This document shows, piece by piece, positions 27,522 to 36,903 of a stretch of DNA of 64,000 bases (position 1 is its first letter; each line of letters begins with the position of its first letter). The stretch is from a virus: positions 1-64,000 of the IMG/VR virus record IMGVR_UViG_3300050821_018577; one strand, written 5' to 3'. The notes below the pieces were generated by a model that saw nothing but the letters and a program-made list of their open reading frames with translations, made no database searches and had not been told where the DNA came from. The translations under genes and the position numbers were made by a program.

Positions 27522-28619
27522 ATGAAGCGCGCTTTCCTAGTTGCCGGGCTTGGCTGGGGTGACGAATCGAAAGGGGCAACGACTGATTTTTTGACCTGGA
27601 AGTATGGAGCTGGTCTTGTAGTTAGATATTCGGGCGGTTCCCAATGCGGCCATAATGTCGTGACTCCCGACGGCCGTCATCACACCTTCCAACAATTCGG
27701 CGCCGGCATGTTCCATCCAGGTATCCGGACGCATCTCTCGCGGTTCATGCTGATAAACCCGATGAACATGATGCGCGAGGAAGAACATTTGCGCGAAGTC
27801 GGCATCACCGATGCCTGGGAGCGGACGTCAGTGGATCCGCGCGCGTTAATCATCACGCCATTCCATCGAGAGCTGAATCGTGCGATGACGCCGGCAGGCA
27901 CGACCAGTTGCGGCCATGGAGTAGGTGTATGCCGCGAAATGCACCTGGCTTATGGCGACCGAGTTTTATTTGCCGGCGACCTGCTGGACAAAGAAAAGAC
28001 GATTACAAAATTGCAGTGGACCCAATTAAAATGCTTAGAAAAATTTGCAATCGAGTCAAGGGCGTGGCCCATACCAGAAGCCCTTAAAGACCTTCAAATG
28101 TCAGAACTCTGTTGGGACTGGTACAAAGACTGGCGCGAACTGGTTCAAATTCGCCATCTCACCGGAATGCTTGACCACGAAACCATCATCTTTGAAGGGG
28201 CCCAGGGCGTGCTGCTCGATGAAACCCACGGCGATGAAGGTTTCAACACTTGGACGGACACGACGTTCAACAATGCGAATACACTGCTCGATGAAGCCGG
28301 CTTCGATGGCCAACGCACCCGGGTTGGCGTCATCCGGACTTACTACACGCGGCACGGCGCCGGGCCGTTTCCGACCGAGGATCCGGCGTTAAACTATCCC
28401 GAACCGCACAACGAAGATTCCGGCTATCAGGGCAAGTTCCGCCGCGGCAAGTTCGATGATGCCCTGTTTCATAAGGCTCTAGACATTTGTGGTGGGATCG
28501 ATTGGCTGGCCGTGAACCATATAGACCGGTTCGATTTGAGTCCGGAGGGCTATTACAAGTGGCACAACATCTTCGGGTACGGCCCGACCTGTAAAGACCG
28601 CCAAGAGAGTTGGCGATGA
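27522..28619 (+). CDS. adenylosuccinate synthetase-like protein (PurA family)
   Basis: GLGWGDESKG, RYSGGSQCGHNV, SCGHGVG, FEGAQGVLLD, RTYYTRHGAGPFPTE. Confidence 0.88.
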   Translation: MKRAFLVAGLGWGDESKGATTDFLTWKYGAGLVVRYSGGSQCGHNVVTPDGRHHTFQQFGAGMFHPGIRTHLSRFMLINPMNMMREEEHLREVGITDAWERTSVDPRALIITPFHRELNRAMTPAGTTSCGHGVGVCREMHLAYGDRVLFAGDLLDKEKTITKLQWTQLKCLEKFAIESRAWPIPEALKDLQMSELCWDWYKDWRELVQIRHLTGMLDHETIIFEGAQGVLLDETHGDEGFNTWTDTTFNNANTLLDEAGFDGQRTRVGVIRTYYTRHGAGPFPTEDPALNYPEPHNEDSGYQGKFRRGKFDDALFHKALDICGGIDWLAVNHIDRFDLSPEGYYKWHNIFGYGPTCKDRQESWR

Positions 28620-28816
28620 AAGTAAGCGAGTGGCTTCGTAAATACCAGATTACCGGTGCAGTCCCAGATGAAAAAGGCCTGAGCATGGATTCCACCGACG
28701 CTGTCTTTGCCTTCTGGTGCGGCTGGCTCATGCGCGAAACAATGCTCACAAGGACTATAGACGACCAACTTGCGATGGCCATCAGGGCCGCCGAATTCAT
28801 CGAGGCACAGAAATGA
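28616..28816 (+). CDS. hypothetical protein
   Basis: ATGA overlaps. Confidence 0.5.
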   Translation: MKVSEWLRKYQITGAVPDEKGLSMDSTDAVFAFWCGWLMRETMLTRTIDDQLAMAIRAAEFIEAQK

Positions 28817-29022
28817 ATTTTCTAGTGAAAATCAATGGCGGAGTAAACGACGGCCGACAATTCATCGTCGAGAACAAAACCACCTGGGAAGAAGCCGGCG
28901 ATGAGATTTGCACCAAGCTTGGGCTGCGCCGCGACGACTACGACTTTCTGACGGTAATTCAGTTACCCTTAACTTCCGGCAAAGAATATGAGGTAAAAGG
29001 AGACTTAGATGCAATTCATTGA
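28813..29022 (+). CDS. hypothetical protein
   Basis: ATGA overlap. Confidence 0.5.
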   Translation: MNFLVKINGGVNDGRQFIVENKTTWEEAGDEICTKLGLRRDDYDFLTVIQLPLTSGKEYEVKGDLDAIH

Positions 29023-30190
29023 GAACATCCCTGTATGGGGCAAGCCCGACGATGGTGCGCTATCGCAGATTAAAACCTGCGCGCAAACAGCCGACAAGGT
29101 TGCACTGATGGCTGACCATCATCGTGGCTATGCCGTACCAATCGGCGGCGTCGTAGCCTACCGCGATTCCATCAGTCCGAGCGGCGTTGGATTTGACATC
29201 GCGTGCGGCAACAAAGCCGTGCTCACGGACATGCCCGGCGAAGCTCTGCGCAATAACATCCACGCGGTCATGGATGCCATCTGGAAAACCATCAGCTTCG
29301 GCGTAGGCGGCACAAACAACGAGCAGGTAGACCATTCGCTCTTTGCGCGTGATGCTCATCCCGGGTGGAATACGGATGCCGCCAAACCGTTGAAGCGGAT
29401 GGCGCAAGAGCAGCTCGGCACGGTCGGTTCGGGTAATCACTACGTCGATGTATTCACCGACGAACTGGACCGCGTGTGGGTCGGCGTGCACTTCGGCTCC
29501 CGCGGGCTAGGCCATAAAATCGCCACCTGGTTCCTGAACGCTGCCGGGGCAAAAGACGGCATGGACGTCGAGCCATGCGTCCTGAAAGCCGAATCGGATC
29601 TCGGAGCACAATACCTCTCGGCCATGGACCTGGCCGGAAAGTATGCCTATGCCGGCAGGGATTGGGTTTGCCAGCGCGTAGCGGCCATCCTGGGGGCCAA
29701 AGTCCTCGAGGAAGTCCATAACCACCATAACTTCGCTTGGCGCGAAATCCATGGCGGCGAGCACTATTGGGTCGTCCGCAAAGGGGCTACCCCGGCTTTT
29801 CCAGGGCAGAAAGGCTTTGTTGGCGGGACTATGGGCGAAATCTCCGTCATCCTCGAAGGCATAGAGAACGAAGCCGCGAAGTATTCGCTCTACAGCACCG
29901 TGCACGGCGCCGGCCGGGTCATGGGGCGGTCGGAAGCGAAAGGCAAGGTCGACCGCAAGACCGGGGAAGTAAAGCGAGTCGGAAAAGTCACCCAACAAAT
30001 GATGGACGGTTGGGTACAGCGTGCGAACATCGAACTGCGCGGCGCCGGCCTGGATGAATCACCAGACTGTTACAAACGCCTGCCGGATGTTTTGGCAGAG
30101 CACGGAGACAGCATCAGGATTTTACACACATTGACACCGGTTGGGGTAGCGATGGCGTCCGCTCACGAAAAAGACCCCCACAAGGACTAG
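29009..30190 (+). CDS. rtcB: RtcB family RNA ligase
   Basis: MADHH.GYAVPIGGV, GFDIACG, GTVGSGNHY, HFGSRG, HNHHN, RKGATP, HGAGR, DESPDCYK. Confidence 0.95.
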   Translation: MQFIENIPVWGKPDDGALSQIKTCAQTADKVALMADHHRGYAVPIGGVVAYRDSISPSGVGFDIACGNKAVLTDMPGEALRNNIHAVMDAIWKTISFGVGGTNNEQVDHSLFARDAHPGWNTDAAKPLKRMAQEQLGTVGSGNHYVDVFTDELDRVWVGVHFGSRGLGHKIATWFLNAAGAKDGMDVEPCVLKAESDLGAQYLSAMDLAGKYAYAGRDWVCQRVAAILGAKVLEEVHNHHNFAWREIHGGEHYWVVRKGATPAFPGQKGFVGGTMGEISVILEGIENEAAKYSLYSTVHGAGRVMGRSEAKGKVDRKTGEVKRVGKVTQQMMDGWVQRANIELRGAGLDESPDCYKRLPDVLAEHGDSIRILHTLTPVGVAMASAHEKDPHKD

Positions 30191-30702
30191 AGCTCTCTGA
30201 TTGCCTTGGCGAGCAATTCGCGGTCATACTGTGGCGAATGCTCCATCAGTTTCTCAATTTTCTGTGCCGCTTCTTCCAAGGTATCCTTTCGAGCTTTTTC
30301 CGCACGGTCATACTGCACACGCACAATTTGCTCAACGCAGCTGGTGGCGTCTCCGGGCCACGCCGCGACGCCTTCCTGGGTGAGCGCATCGAGTATCGCC
30401 AGCATGATTTCCGAAGGATCGCGCCGACACCCAGCCTTGCGCCACAACCACTGCAAGTTATTATCCAGGTCGGTTTCGGTCTGAGCGTCCTCTGACGGAA
30501 CAAATCCTTTGCGCAGTAGGTCCAGTTTCACTTGCTTGCGATAGTGTTGCTGGTAGGTATTGGTGTTGCGGTCCTGCAAAAGCGGCCGAAGGAAAGCCGC
30601 TGCTTCTTCATCGAGACGGATACCGTCGCGGCCATCGTGCGTCAGGAATGGGACAAGTTTGTCGCCAGCCCATCCATCTTCAATCTGCCAATTTTGTTCC
30701 AT
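30187..30702 (-). CDS. hypothetical protein
   Basis: GGAG RBS; convergent with rtcB. Confidence 0.55.
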   Translation of the reverse strand: MEQNWQIEDGWAGDKLVPFLTHDGRDGIRLDEEAAAFLRPLLQDRNTNTYQQHYRKQVKLDLLRKGFVPSEDAQTETDLDNNLQWLWRKAGCRRDPSEIMLAILDALTQEGVAAWPGDATSCVEQIVRVQYDRAEKARKDTLEEAAQKIEKLMEHSPQYDRELLAKAIREL

Positions 30703-30866
30703 CTTCGCCTCCCTGTCATGTAAACAAGAGATTTGACGTAACGGGCCTGAATGTGCTGGCCAGGAATCTCGCTAGGCAGCAAATCACAGGACCATGCGTC
30801 GTGCCCGCGTCGGCGGAAAGCCTCGCGCACTATTCCTGAAAACTCGCAGGCTACCAGCACCCTCAC
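30642..30866 (-). pseudogene. truncated phage DNA cytosine methyltransferase (N-terminal motif only)
   Basis: MRVLVACEFSGIVREAF..RGHDAWSCDLLPSE..GQHIQ, then unrelated sequence. Confidence 0.65.
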
Positions 30867-31120
30867 TTAGTCTCCTCCTCCGCTCGCAAGGAGCATTTCT
30901 TTATTACCGCCCGCGCCATTTTCATATATTGGTGATAGGCATAGGCCGTCGACGGATTGCCTTCAATGTCGCGTAATCCATCCCAATCAAAATCCCCTTG
31001 CGTATTGCACAGGACCTTGGCTATTTTCTCCACCAACGGCATTGGGAGCGGACCTCCGCGTCGCCGCAAAGAATCGCGTAAATTCTTACGGCTATTCAGC
31101 AATTTTGCTCTATCTATCAT
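30863..31120 (-). CDS. hypothetical protein
   Basis: GGAGG RBS before MIDRAK. Confidence 0.55.
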   Translation of the reverse strand: MIDRAKLLNSRKNLRDSLRRRGGPLPMPLVEKIAKVLCNTQGDFDWDGLRDIEGNPSTAYAYHQYMKMARAVIKKCSLRAEEETK

Positions 31121-32040
31121 TTGTCCTCCGCTCGCAAGGAAGCTGGGGGCGGGGCTGCACCAAAATCTTCTTGGCGCGGACTGGAGTAATGCTGGCCGCT
31201 GTGCCCAAACACTCGCTTGCAATTCCATGAATGCGAAACACCATTTATCCATCGCTCTACGCGATAATTGCAAACGGTGGAATTTTCAGCTTCCACCTGC
31301 GGCTCGGCGGCTGCCAGGGCGCGCAATTCCAGTGAACAATTCCGCGCCATTGCAATGCGCTGCGAATCATAACCTTGTGCTGCCGCCTCATCAGCATCAT
31401 CGTCCCATCGCCTTGCCAGAGCTAAAATCGCGTCAACTGGCACGTCGCGCTCCGCCCCTGCTGCTCGCGGGGCTGCGGCCAGCGCACGCTCTGCTATACA
31501 GCGATGGCAAGTTATCGGCTTATCATCCCGTTCGGCGGCAACTGCGTAGTTACCCGCACGCAGATTGCAGGTATGCTGCCATGCCAGCATCTTTTCGGCC
31601 CACACGTTCTGCGGCTCCCGTTCCGGCACCGCTGATGCGTCCAGCTTTAGGGCTTCAAATTGCGCTTTGGGAACCCCACCGTCATAACCGTTTCGTTCCA
31701 GTAACATTGGCTTATCATCTGGCACCGCTGGCTCGGCAGGGCGCTTATGCTCACGAATTGGACCTGTGTTTTCCTCGCCGCACCAGCAGGTGGTACCCGC
31801 GTTATAGGTATGCTTGCGCTCTGTGGGCGGCGGCGCTGGCGTGGGCGCAGGAGCGGCGGTATCGTCGTCTTTCCACCACGCTCCAAGTTCACCGAACGCT
31901 GTTCGTATCTCTGCCCAAGTTAAACTACCGTTTGCTGCATCTCCGCGAGCAACACACATTCGGTATAGTTGTGTCCTCAACGCTGTCACTCGCTCCCGCA
32001 GTTCCCGCTCCGGTGTCATGGCTTCCAGTTTATCGCGCAT
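31117..32040 (-). CDS. mosaic hypothetical protein with Pro/Ala linkers
   Basis: long open frame coupled at both ends. Confidence 0.6.
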   Translation of the reverse strand: MRDKLEAMTPERELRERVTALRTQLYRMCVARGDAANGSLTWAEIRTAFGELGAWWKDDDTAAPAPTPAPPPTERKHTYNAGTTCWCGEENTGPIREHKRPAEPAVPDDKPMLLERNGYDGGVPKAQFEALKLDASAVPEREPQNVWAEKMLAWQHTCNLRAGNYAVAAERDDKPITCHRCIAERALAAAPRAAGAERDVPVDAILALARRWDDDADEAAAQGYDSQRIAMARNCSLELRALAAAEPQVEAENSTVCNYRVERWINGVSHSWNCKRVFGHSGQHYSSPRQEDFGAAPPPASLRAEDK

Positions 32041-32155
32041 TACAGAAAATCCTTTCTATCAGCCAGAATATCAGGCCGACTCCAAACCCAAGCCATGCTG
32101 CAAATAGCTGCGTGTCACGGAAGCGGGCCGCTGGCTCCTTGGGATGGGCTTTCAT
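32030..32155 (-). CDS. small membrane protein
   Basis: one TM helix; overlaps neighbours; translated by eye. Confidence 0.4.
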   Translation of the reverse strand: MKAHPKEPAARFRDTQLFAAWLGFGVGLIFWLIERIFCNAR

Positions 32156-32469
32156 GGCGCTGCCTTCTTGTAATCGACTATTTCCACCTCACATCTCTCC
32201 GACCGAGAGGTGCAGTAAAAATTAACTATGATTAAGTCGCCGTCAGGAACTGGCTCAGCAAGTGAGCATGTGACCGTTATTTGATGGACGAACGAACACC
32301 ACATGTACTGGTTCAGATTTTGCGTCGAAGGTGGTGGAAGTTTTGGATTGGGAATTGTAGCCAGAACCTCATAATATTCGTACGGAGGAATGACCGGAAT
32401 CGCTCGCCAAACAAGCCATGAGCCAGTAACAATCACCACAAGCAACAATAGATTGACCGCGACCCTCAT
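32152..32469 (-). CDS. membrane-anchored/secreted hypothetical protein
   Basis: GGAGG RBS, N-terminal hydrophobic helix. Confidence 0.55.
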   Translation of the reverse strand: MRVAVNLLLLVVIVTGSWLVWRAIPVIPPYEYYEVLATIPNPKLPPPSTQNLNQYMWCSFVHQITVTCSLAEPVPDGDLIIVNFYCTSRSERCEVEIVDYKKAAP

Positions 32470-32470
32470 T

Positions 32471-32749
32471 TCACTTCCTCCCGTTTCCCGCCCCGCTGCC
32501 CGCGGACCATCTGACTTTACGCGGGTCTTTCTCGGCGTGGTGTGGTCCGCAAAGATGGACAAGGTTTTCGATCCTATCGTCGCGCCTCGGCCAGCGTTTG
32601 TTTATGTGATGCGGATCGCGGGCTGGCATGGAGCAGCGATATAAGGCTTCCTGCTCTCCATCCTCAATCCGCGGCATCAACTCCTCGCATCGCCCGCCTG
32701 AGCGTTTGGCCAGTTCCTCCACCCTGCGCTTCCAGTCCTTCCGAAACAA
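32471..32749 (-). CDS. HNH endonuclease-like protein (5' end probably disrupted)
   Basis: RCE...DPHHI...NLVHLCGPHH; frame stays open to about 32840 without a start. Confidence 0.65.
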   Translation of the reverse strand: MFRKDWKRRVEELAKRSGGRCEELMPRIEDGEQEALYRCSMPARDPHHINKRWPRRDDRIENLVHLCGPHHAEKDPRKVRWSAGSGAGNGRK

Positions 32750-33522
32750 GACCTCGGAGCCATCAACTCGTACATACGTCTTACGGTCGGTGTACCCACG
32801 CCGGCGCTTCTCGTCAGGATCGCGGAATAGATTTCAGGTAGGCCCGCCTCACCTAATTCACCGAGCACGGCATCGACCAGTGCGCGCCAGGTGTTTTTAC
32901 GTGCCACTCCGCCAGCAAGTATCTCTTTCGCAAATCCGGCCATCCGGTCGACCTGTACGGCTTGGTCGTATAAGGCGAAGCCTACCATGTCTCGGCGATG
33001 ATTCTTTTCAAAGAGCACGAACATGAGCGGCAGACGCAAACGAGGAAACAGGCGCCGCGGAATTATCTCCGCGCGCATCGACCAGTGGGCCCGCCAGCGT
33101 TCCACCGTGTTGTGTGTCTGCATCGCATAGGCCGGCAACAGCAGCCCGCATGTCCGGCAATCCGCCAGGTGCGTGATGCGCTGCAGGAACGCGCCGATAG
33201 TGCGTACGGCGAACGGGGGATTGCCCACCGCCGCGGTAATGCCCTCGGGTAGCTCCACGGACCTAAAATCGCCAGTAATGACCTTTCGTCCTGTGTTCTG
33301 CCGACAAGCTTCGGCGACGTCAGGGTCGAGCTCTACGCCAATAGCCGGGATCTCCCCTGGAATAGCCTTCAAAAACGCTCCCAGCCCGCAGGAAGGCTCA
33401 AGAACCAGGTCTGAGGCAGAGAGATGCGGGAAGAACTTTTCGACCAGTTCAATCGCCGCCCATTCGGGGGTCCAATACTGGTACTGCGCCGCGTTCAAGC
33501 GTTGGTCGAAATGAAGCTGCAT
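32677..33522 (-). CDS. N6-adenine DNA methyltransferase
   Basis: QYWTPEW, VLEPSCGLG motif I, GNPPF motif IV. Confidence 0.85.
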   Translation of the reverse strand: MQLHFDQRLNAAQYQYWTPEWAAIELVEKFFPHLSASDLVLEPSCGLGAFLKAIPGEIPAIGVELDPDVAEACRQNTGRKVITGDFRSVELPEGITAAVGNPPFAVRTIGAFLQRITHLADCRTCGLLLPAYAMQTHNTVERWRAHWSMRAEIIPRRLFPRLRLPLMFVLFEKNHRRDMVGFALYDQAVQVDRMAGFAKEILAGGVARKNTWRALVDAVLGELGEAGLPEIYSAILTRSAGVGTPTVRRMYELMAPRSCFGRTGSAGWRNWPNAQAGDARS

Positions 33523-33753
33523 TCACCAGGGCCTCGGCTTGAACATCATGTCCCACGCCCAATCCTGCGTGTACGGACAGAACGGGCAAATCCAACCATT
33601 CTCGGTCGCTACCAGCTTGCCTTCACCGTCCAGATGGTGCTCATCGGTGCGATTGCCGCTCCCGCAGGTGAACGGGTGCATCCAGCCTTCTTCCTGGAAG
33701 CGATTGAGCCCCTCAACTTGTTCCTTGGTCCAGGGCGCTTCGATTTTATTCAT
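33523..33753 (-). CDS. hypothetical protein
   Basis: MHPFTC...LVATENGWICP.CPYTQDWA pattern. Confidence 0.7.
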   Translation of the reverse strand: MNKIEAPWTKEQVEGLNRFQEEGWMHPFTCGSGNRTDEHHLDGEGKLVATENGWICPFCPYTQDWAWDMMFKPRPW

Positions 33754-33953
33754 GCTTTTGGCATCAACTTCCGGTCGTCCACAGCGATAAGTTCTCCGAA
33801 GCCGGTTGTTGGATCGACTTCGTATTCCATCTTGTGTTCATAGCCGAGGAATTTGGCCGCTTTCAACGCCTCGCCGGTCAAGCCGGCCTTTTCCGCTTCG
33901 TCGTAGGACTGCTCTTTTGAGGAATGGACGTAGATTGTGATTCGCATTGTCAA
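33750..33953 (-). CDS. hypothetical protein
   Basis: ATGA overlaps. Confidence 0.6.
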   Translation of the reverse strand: MTMRITIYVHSSKEQSYDEAEKAGLTGEALKAAKFLGYEHKMEYEVDPTTGFGELIAVDDRKLMPKA

Positions 33954-34183
33954 TCCGCAGCTTTCCTGTTTGGAGTCTTGCGCATGTCAAGCGCGTGCTC
34001 CAAAGCGTCGCGTAATTTGTCATCCGGAGCCGTTTCGATGTTCAGGTAAATCCAAAACGCCACGGTTGCCGCGGCCGTGCGGTCGTGGCCGACAAGCACA
34101 AACGTTTGCTCGCCGGCTTTTTCCGCATTGCCCAACAATCGCTTGGCTTCCGCCAGATGGTCACCACGTTCGACTTGACTCAT
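33950..34183 (-). CDS. hypothetical protein
   Basis: TFVLVGHDRTAAATVAFW; GGAGG RBS. Confidence 0.65.
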   Translation of the reverse strand: MSQVERGDHLAEAKRLLGNAEKAGEQTFVLVGHDRTAAATVAFWIYLNIETAPDDKLRDALEHALDMRKTPNRKAAD

Positions 34184-34599
34184 TAAACCTCCAAAATTCT
34201 CCGCATCATTGCCTGCGCTTCTTTTACGGTCATCCATTTTTCAGGTTTGCACCCGAAAGGACATCGCATATTTGGGTCGTCAATCATCCCCCACGTCCTG
34301 CACACGAACGGACGGTGTTCATAGACGCGGCATTTGCCGCTCGGATAGAGCATCGAACAATTTAGCGTTCCCGGCATCGGCGCAGTGGCCACCAATTTCT
34401 TTTTGGGCATCCATTGCCATCGGCGGTCCAATTGAACCGCATCTATCGAAGAAAGATTGAACACCGCTCCGGTCTTTTCGATTTGCACGTACTCGATACG
34501 CGGGATCAGTAGCGGCCCGCAGGATTCTTGGCACTTCCGCTTGCACTCCATCTTGGGCAGTTCGGCGTAAATTGCCTGCAATTGCTCGGCGGCTGTCAT
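34183..34599 (-). CDS. YkgJ family Cys-cluster (Fe-S/Zn) protein
   Basis: CKRKCQESCG...CSML..GKCRVYEHRPFVCRTWG. Confidence 0.8.
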   Translation of the reverse strand: MTAAEQLQAIYAELPKMECKRKCQESCGPLLIPRIEYVQIEKTGAVFNLSSIDAVQLDRRWQWMPKKKLVATAPMPGTLNCSMLYPSGKCRVYEHRPFVCRTWGMIDDPNMRCPFGCKPEKWMTVKEAQAMMRRILEV

Positions 34600-34976
34600 T
34601 CTGGTTCGACCACAATTACTTTGTTATCGCCAAACATTGCGCGGAGCTCTTCGACCGCATCGATATATGTCCAACGCTCTGGTGGTAACGGTGTGAGCGG
34701 CAACGTTTCCCCGTACCTTTTCTTCGCCAATTCAACAAACTTCGGCCAGTTTTTTCTGTTTATCTTGGAGTCGTCCCAATCGCGCAGTTGGGGAAGCTGC
34801 TCGAAAATCCACGGCTTTAGAATATCTTGAGCGCGCGGCAATTGATGCGTGTAAAGCTCATCGCCGGTTAGAAAGTTACAGATGTTGTAGACCTCGGTCA
34901 TCTCACAAAGCAGTTTATCGTGGCACACGCTGAGGACCACCACTGTCGGAAAGTATTTGACTTTGACTGTGCTCAT
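34596..34976 (-). CDS. hypothetical protein
   Basis: FLTGDELYTHQLPRA pattern. Confidence 0.7.
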   Translation of the reverse strand: MSTVKVKYFPTVVVLSVCHDKLLCEMTEVYNICNFLTGDELYTHQLPRAQDILKPWIFEQLPQLRDWDDSKINRKNWPKFVELAKKRYGETLPLTPLPPERWTYIDAVEELRAMFGDNKVIVVEPE

Positions 34977-35269
34977 AGCCGGTTGGCGGCCTCTACTGCG
35001 GCGGCTATCTCTTTACAAAATTCTTCGATGAGGACCGGCTGGACCTTGAGTACGGCGGCCTTGAGGGCCACGGCCGCTTCCAGAACGGTTTTGAGCGCCT
35101 CTGGCTTTTTTGAGTAGATATAATTCCTGTAGAGTGTCGGGTCCACAATGACTGCGATGTCCTCGGCGTGTTGCAGGTTTTTCACCCACTCTTCAAGCGG
35201 CATGGCCGCAATGCCGTTGGCGTGCTCGAAAAGCTCTCTGGTCAATTCCGTGTAGTTAAGTTCCGCCAT
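34973..35269 (-). CDS. hypothetical protein
   Basis: coupled ORF. Confidence 0.65.
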   Translation of the reverse strand: MAELNYTELTRELFEHANGIAAMPLEEWVKNLQHAEDIAVIVDPTLYRNYIYSKKPEALKTVLEAAVALKAAVLKVQPVLIEEFCKEIAAAVEAANRL

Positions 35270-35873
35270 GTGCTTGTTCCTCCAGGTCTTTCCTGTGGTG
35301 CTCGTCCCAATATGCTGGGCTGATTGGGCGATTAGCCTTCATATGGTCAAATTCTTCAAGACGACCCTGGGCTCGAGCCTTTTCCAAGTCTGCGAAAGTG
35401 ATGGCATTGTCCATCAGTTCCTGGTTTGTCTTTTGCAAATTCTCTACGGCCCGGCAGATTTCACAATAGGGCGCGCCGCGGTCATCGCCAACTTCATTAG
35501 CGCCGCGGTGCCCACACGGCAATTTCTCTTCAAGGTATCGCAGTTGACTGGAAAAAAGTCTCCATTCCTCAGCGCGAATAAAAGCGAACTGGATGGCTAG
35601 CACATCCGGGAATTGCACGCTGGCCCACCAGACCTTCCCCGGCTCAGTGGTCGCTTCTCCAGTAATGCGCTTTTGGAACGCAATGGCTTTGTCTCTGTCG
35701 GAGACTGGCTGTTTGTCTTTTATTGTAAACTTCGGTCCATGGTAGCTGGCTCCGTGAATAGTATTCATCGTTTCACAGGCTAACCACCATTCCATGATTT
35801 GGCGCGCGGCGTCGCCCTCGGCAAACCGGATATCGCCGTCGTCGTACTCAATTTCGATACGGATCGCCTTCAT
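35256..35873 (-). CDS. hypothetical protein
   Basis: coupled ORF. Confidence 0.6.
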   Translation of the reverse strand: MKAIRIEIEYDDGDIRFAEGDAARQIMEWWLACETMNTIHGASYHGPKFTIKDKQPVSDRDKAIAFQKRITGEATTEPGKVWWASVQFPDVLAIQFAFIRAEEWRLFSSQLRYLEEKLPCGHRGANEVGDDRGAPYCEICRAVENLQKTNQELMDNAITFADLEKARAQGRLEEFDHMKANRPISPAYWDEHHRKDLEEQAHGGT

Positions 35874-36289
35874 TTGCCCTTCTTTGGTTTACGTGCCCGA
35901 GACCGCGGCGGTTTATCGACGGTAAATGTGCCTTTGCGCACCAGGGCGGTATAGATTTCTACTACTTTAGCGTTGATGGCGGTCTGCGCCATGCGTTCGC
36001 TTGGCTGAGGCAAGCCTTTAGCAACGTGTTCCACGTACTGTTTTACGCTGGCATGCTCCTTTGACAGTCCAGTGATTCGCGTGAACTGGTCGTTTGCCCG
36101 TTTGGTCAACGTGTCGATACGCCGCTCGTGGTCTTCGCGGCGGAAATCGGTTGCCACTTGGTCTTTACGGAATTCAACTTTGAGCTCTCCTACCTCGCGG
36201 TTTAATCGGTTCGACCGGATATCTAGAATGATGTAGGCAACGAACAGCAACACAAAGAAAATTCCAAAACACCACAATGCTGGCGTCAT
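35870..36289 (-). CDS. membrane-anchored coiled-coil protein
   Basis: N-terminal TM helix. Confidence 0.6.
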   Translation of the reverse strand: MTPALWCFGIFFVLLFVAYIILDIRSNRLNREVGELKVEFRKDQVATDFRREDHERRIDTLTKRANDQFTRITGLSKEHASVKQYVEHVAKGLPQPSERMAQTAINAKVVEIYTALVRKGTFTVDKPPRSRARKPKKGK

Positions 36290-36300
36290 GGCACGCCCCC

Positions 36301-36903
36301 TTATTTACCTCTCGTGATTCCCGGTATCTTCATGCGGTCTTGATGCTCTACAGCGAAGGTGCGAAATCGGTCGAGCACGGCGTTGACCTGCTCGATGCGG
36401 TCCTCTGGCGTCCCAGCATCATACATGGCCTCGATATACGAACCGATGGCGTCGCACGAGGCATTGTCGCGACCACGCAAGATGAACAGCGGCTCATCAT
36501 CCGGTACGCGTTCGCCGTTGCTGGTCTTGACGAGGTAGCCTTCCGAATCGACGCTGAACATATCATTCAGCTTTCTCAATGCAGGAAGTATCGGCGGAAT
36601 GCGCTTGTCGGCATTGCCTTTGCCCAAACCAATCTCACATACGGAAACAATCTGCGTTCGCGGGTCAAGTGAACCACCGACGGCTGGATAGAGTCCGCCT
36701 ACAAAAAGATTCTCTAGGATTTCCAGGTCAGCGATGAATTTGTCTCCCTCTCTGCGTATCATTGCCTTTCCAACTGGATGTTGAAAATTTACGCTGACGC
36801 GAATCTGTTCGGCAATGGCTACGCGGTCCGCAAGAACTTTATCGCCATGCGCATCCTCTGTGCCGTCGGCGATTAGAACGAGCACGTCTTTGATGATTTT
36901 CAT
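36301..36903 (-). CDS. hypothetical protein
   Basis: DEPLFILRGRD motif in C-terminal half. Confidence 0.65.
   Translation of the reverse strand: MKIIKDVLVLIADGTEDAHGDKVLADRVAIAEQIRVSVNFQHPVGKAMIRREGDKFIADLEILENLFVGGLYPAVGGSLDPRTQIVSVCEIGLGKGNADKRIPPILPALRKLNDMFSVDSEGYLVKTSNGERVPDDEPLFILRGRDNASCDAIGSYIEAMYDAGTPEDRIEQVNAVLDRFRTFAVEHQDRMKIPGITRGK

Noticed and set aside
27522-28619. PurZ (2-aminoadenine DNA pathway)
   Set aside because: The catalytic loop keeps Asp (GDESKG) as in PurA, whereas PurZ has Ser there; no dATPase, MazZ or DpoZ recognised in the window.
31780-31880. GC-rich short repeats (ggcggcggcgctggcgtgggcg) as a second pentamer array
   Set aside because: Period is 3/6 nt and it encodes the APAPTPAPPP linker of 31117..32040.
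30957-32225. 422-aa plus-strand ORF
   Set aside because: Antisense shadow of coupled minus-strand genes; no RBS or motifs.
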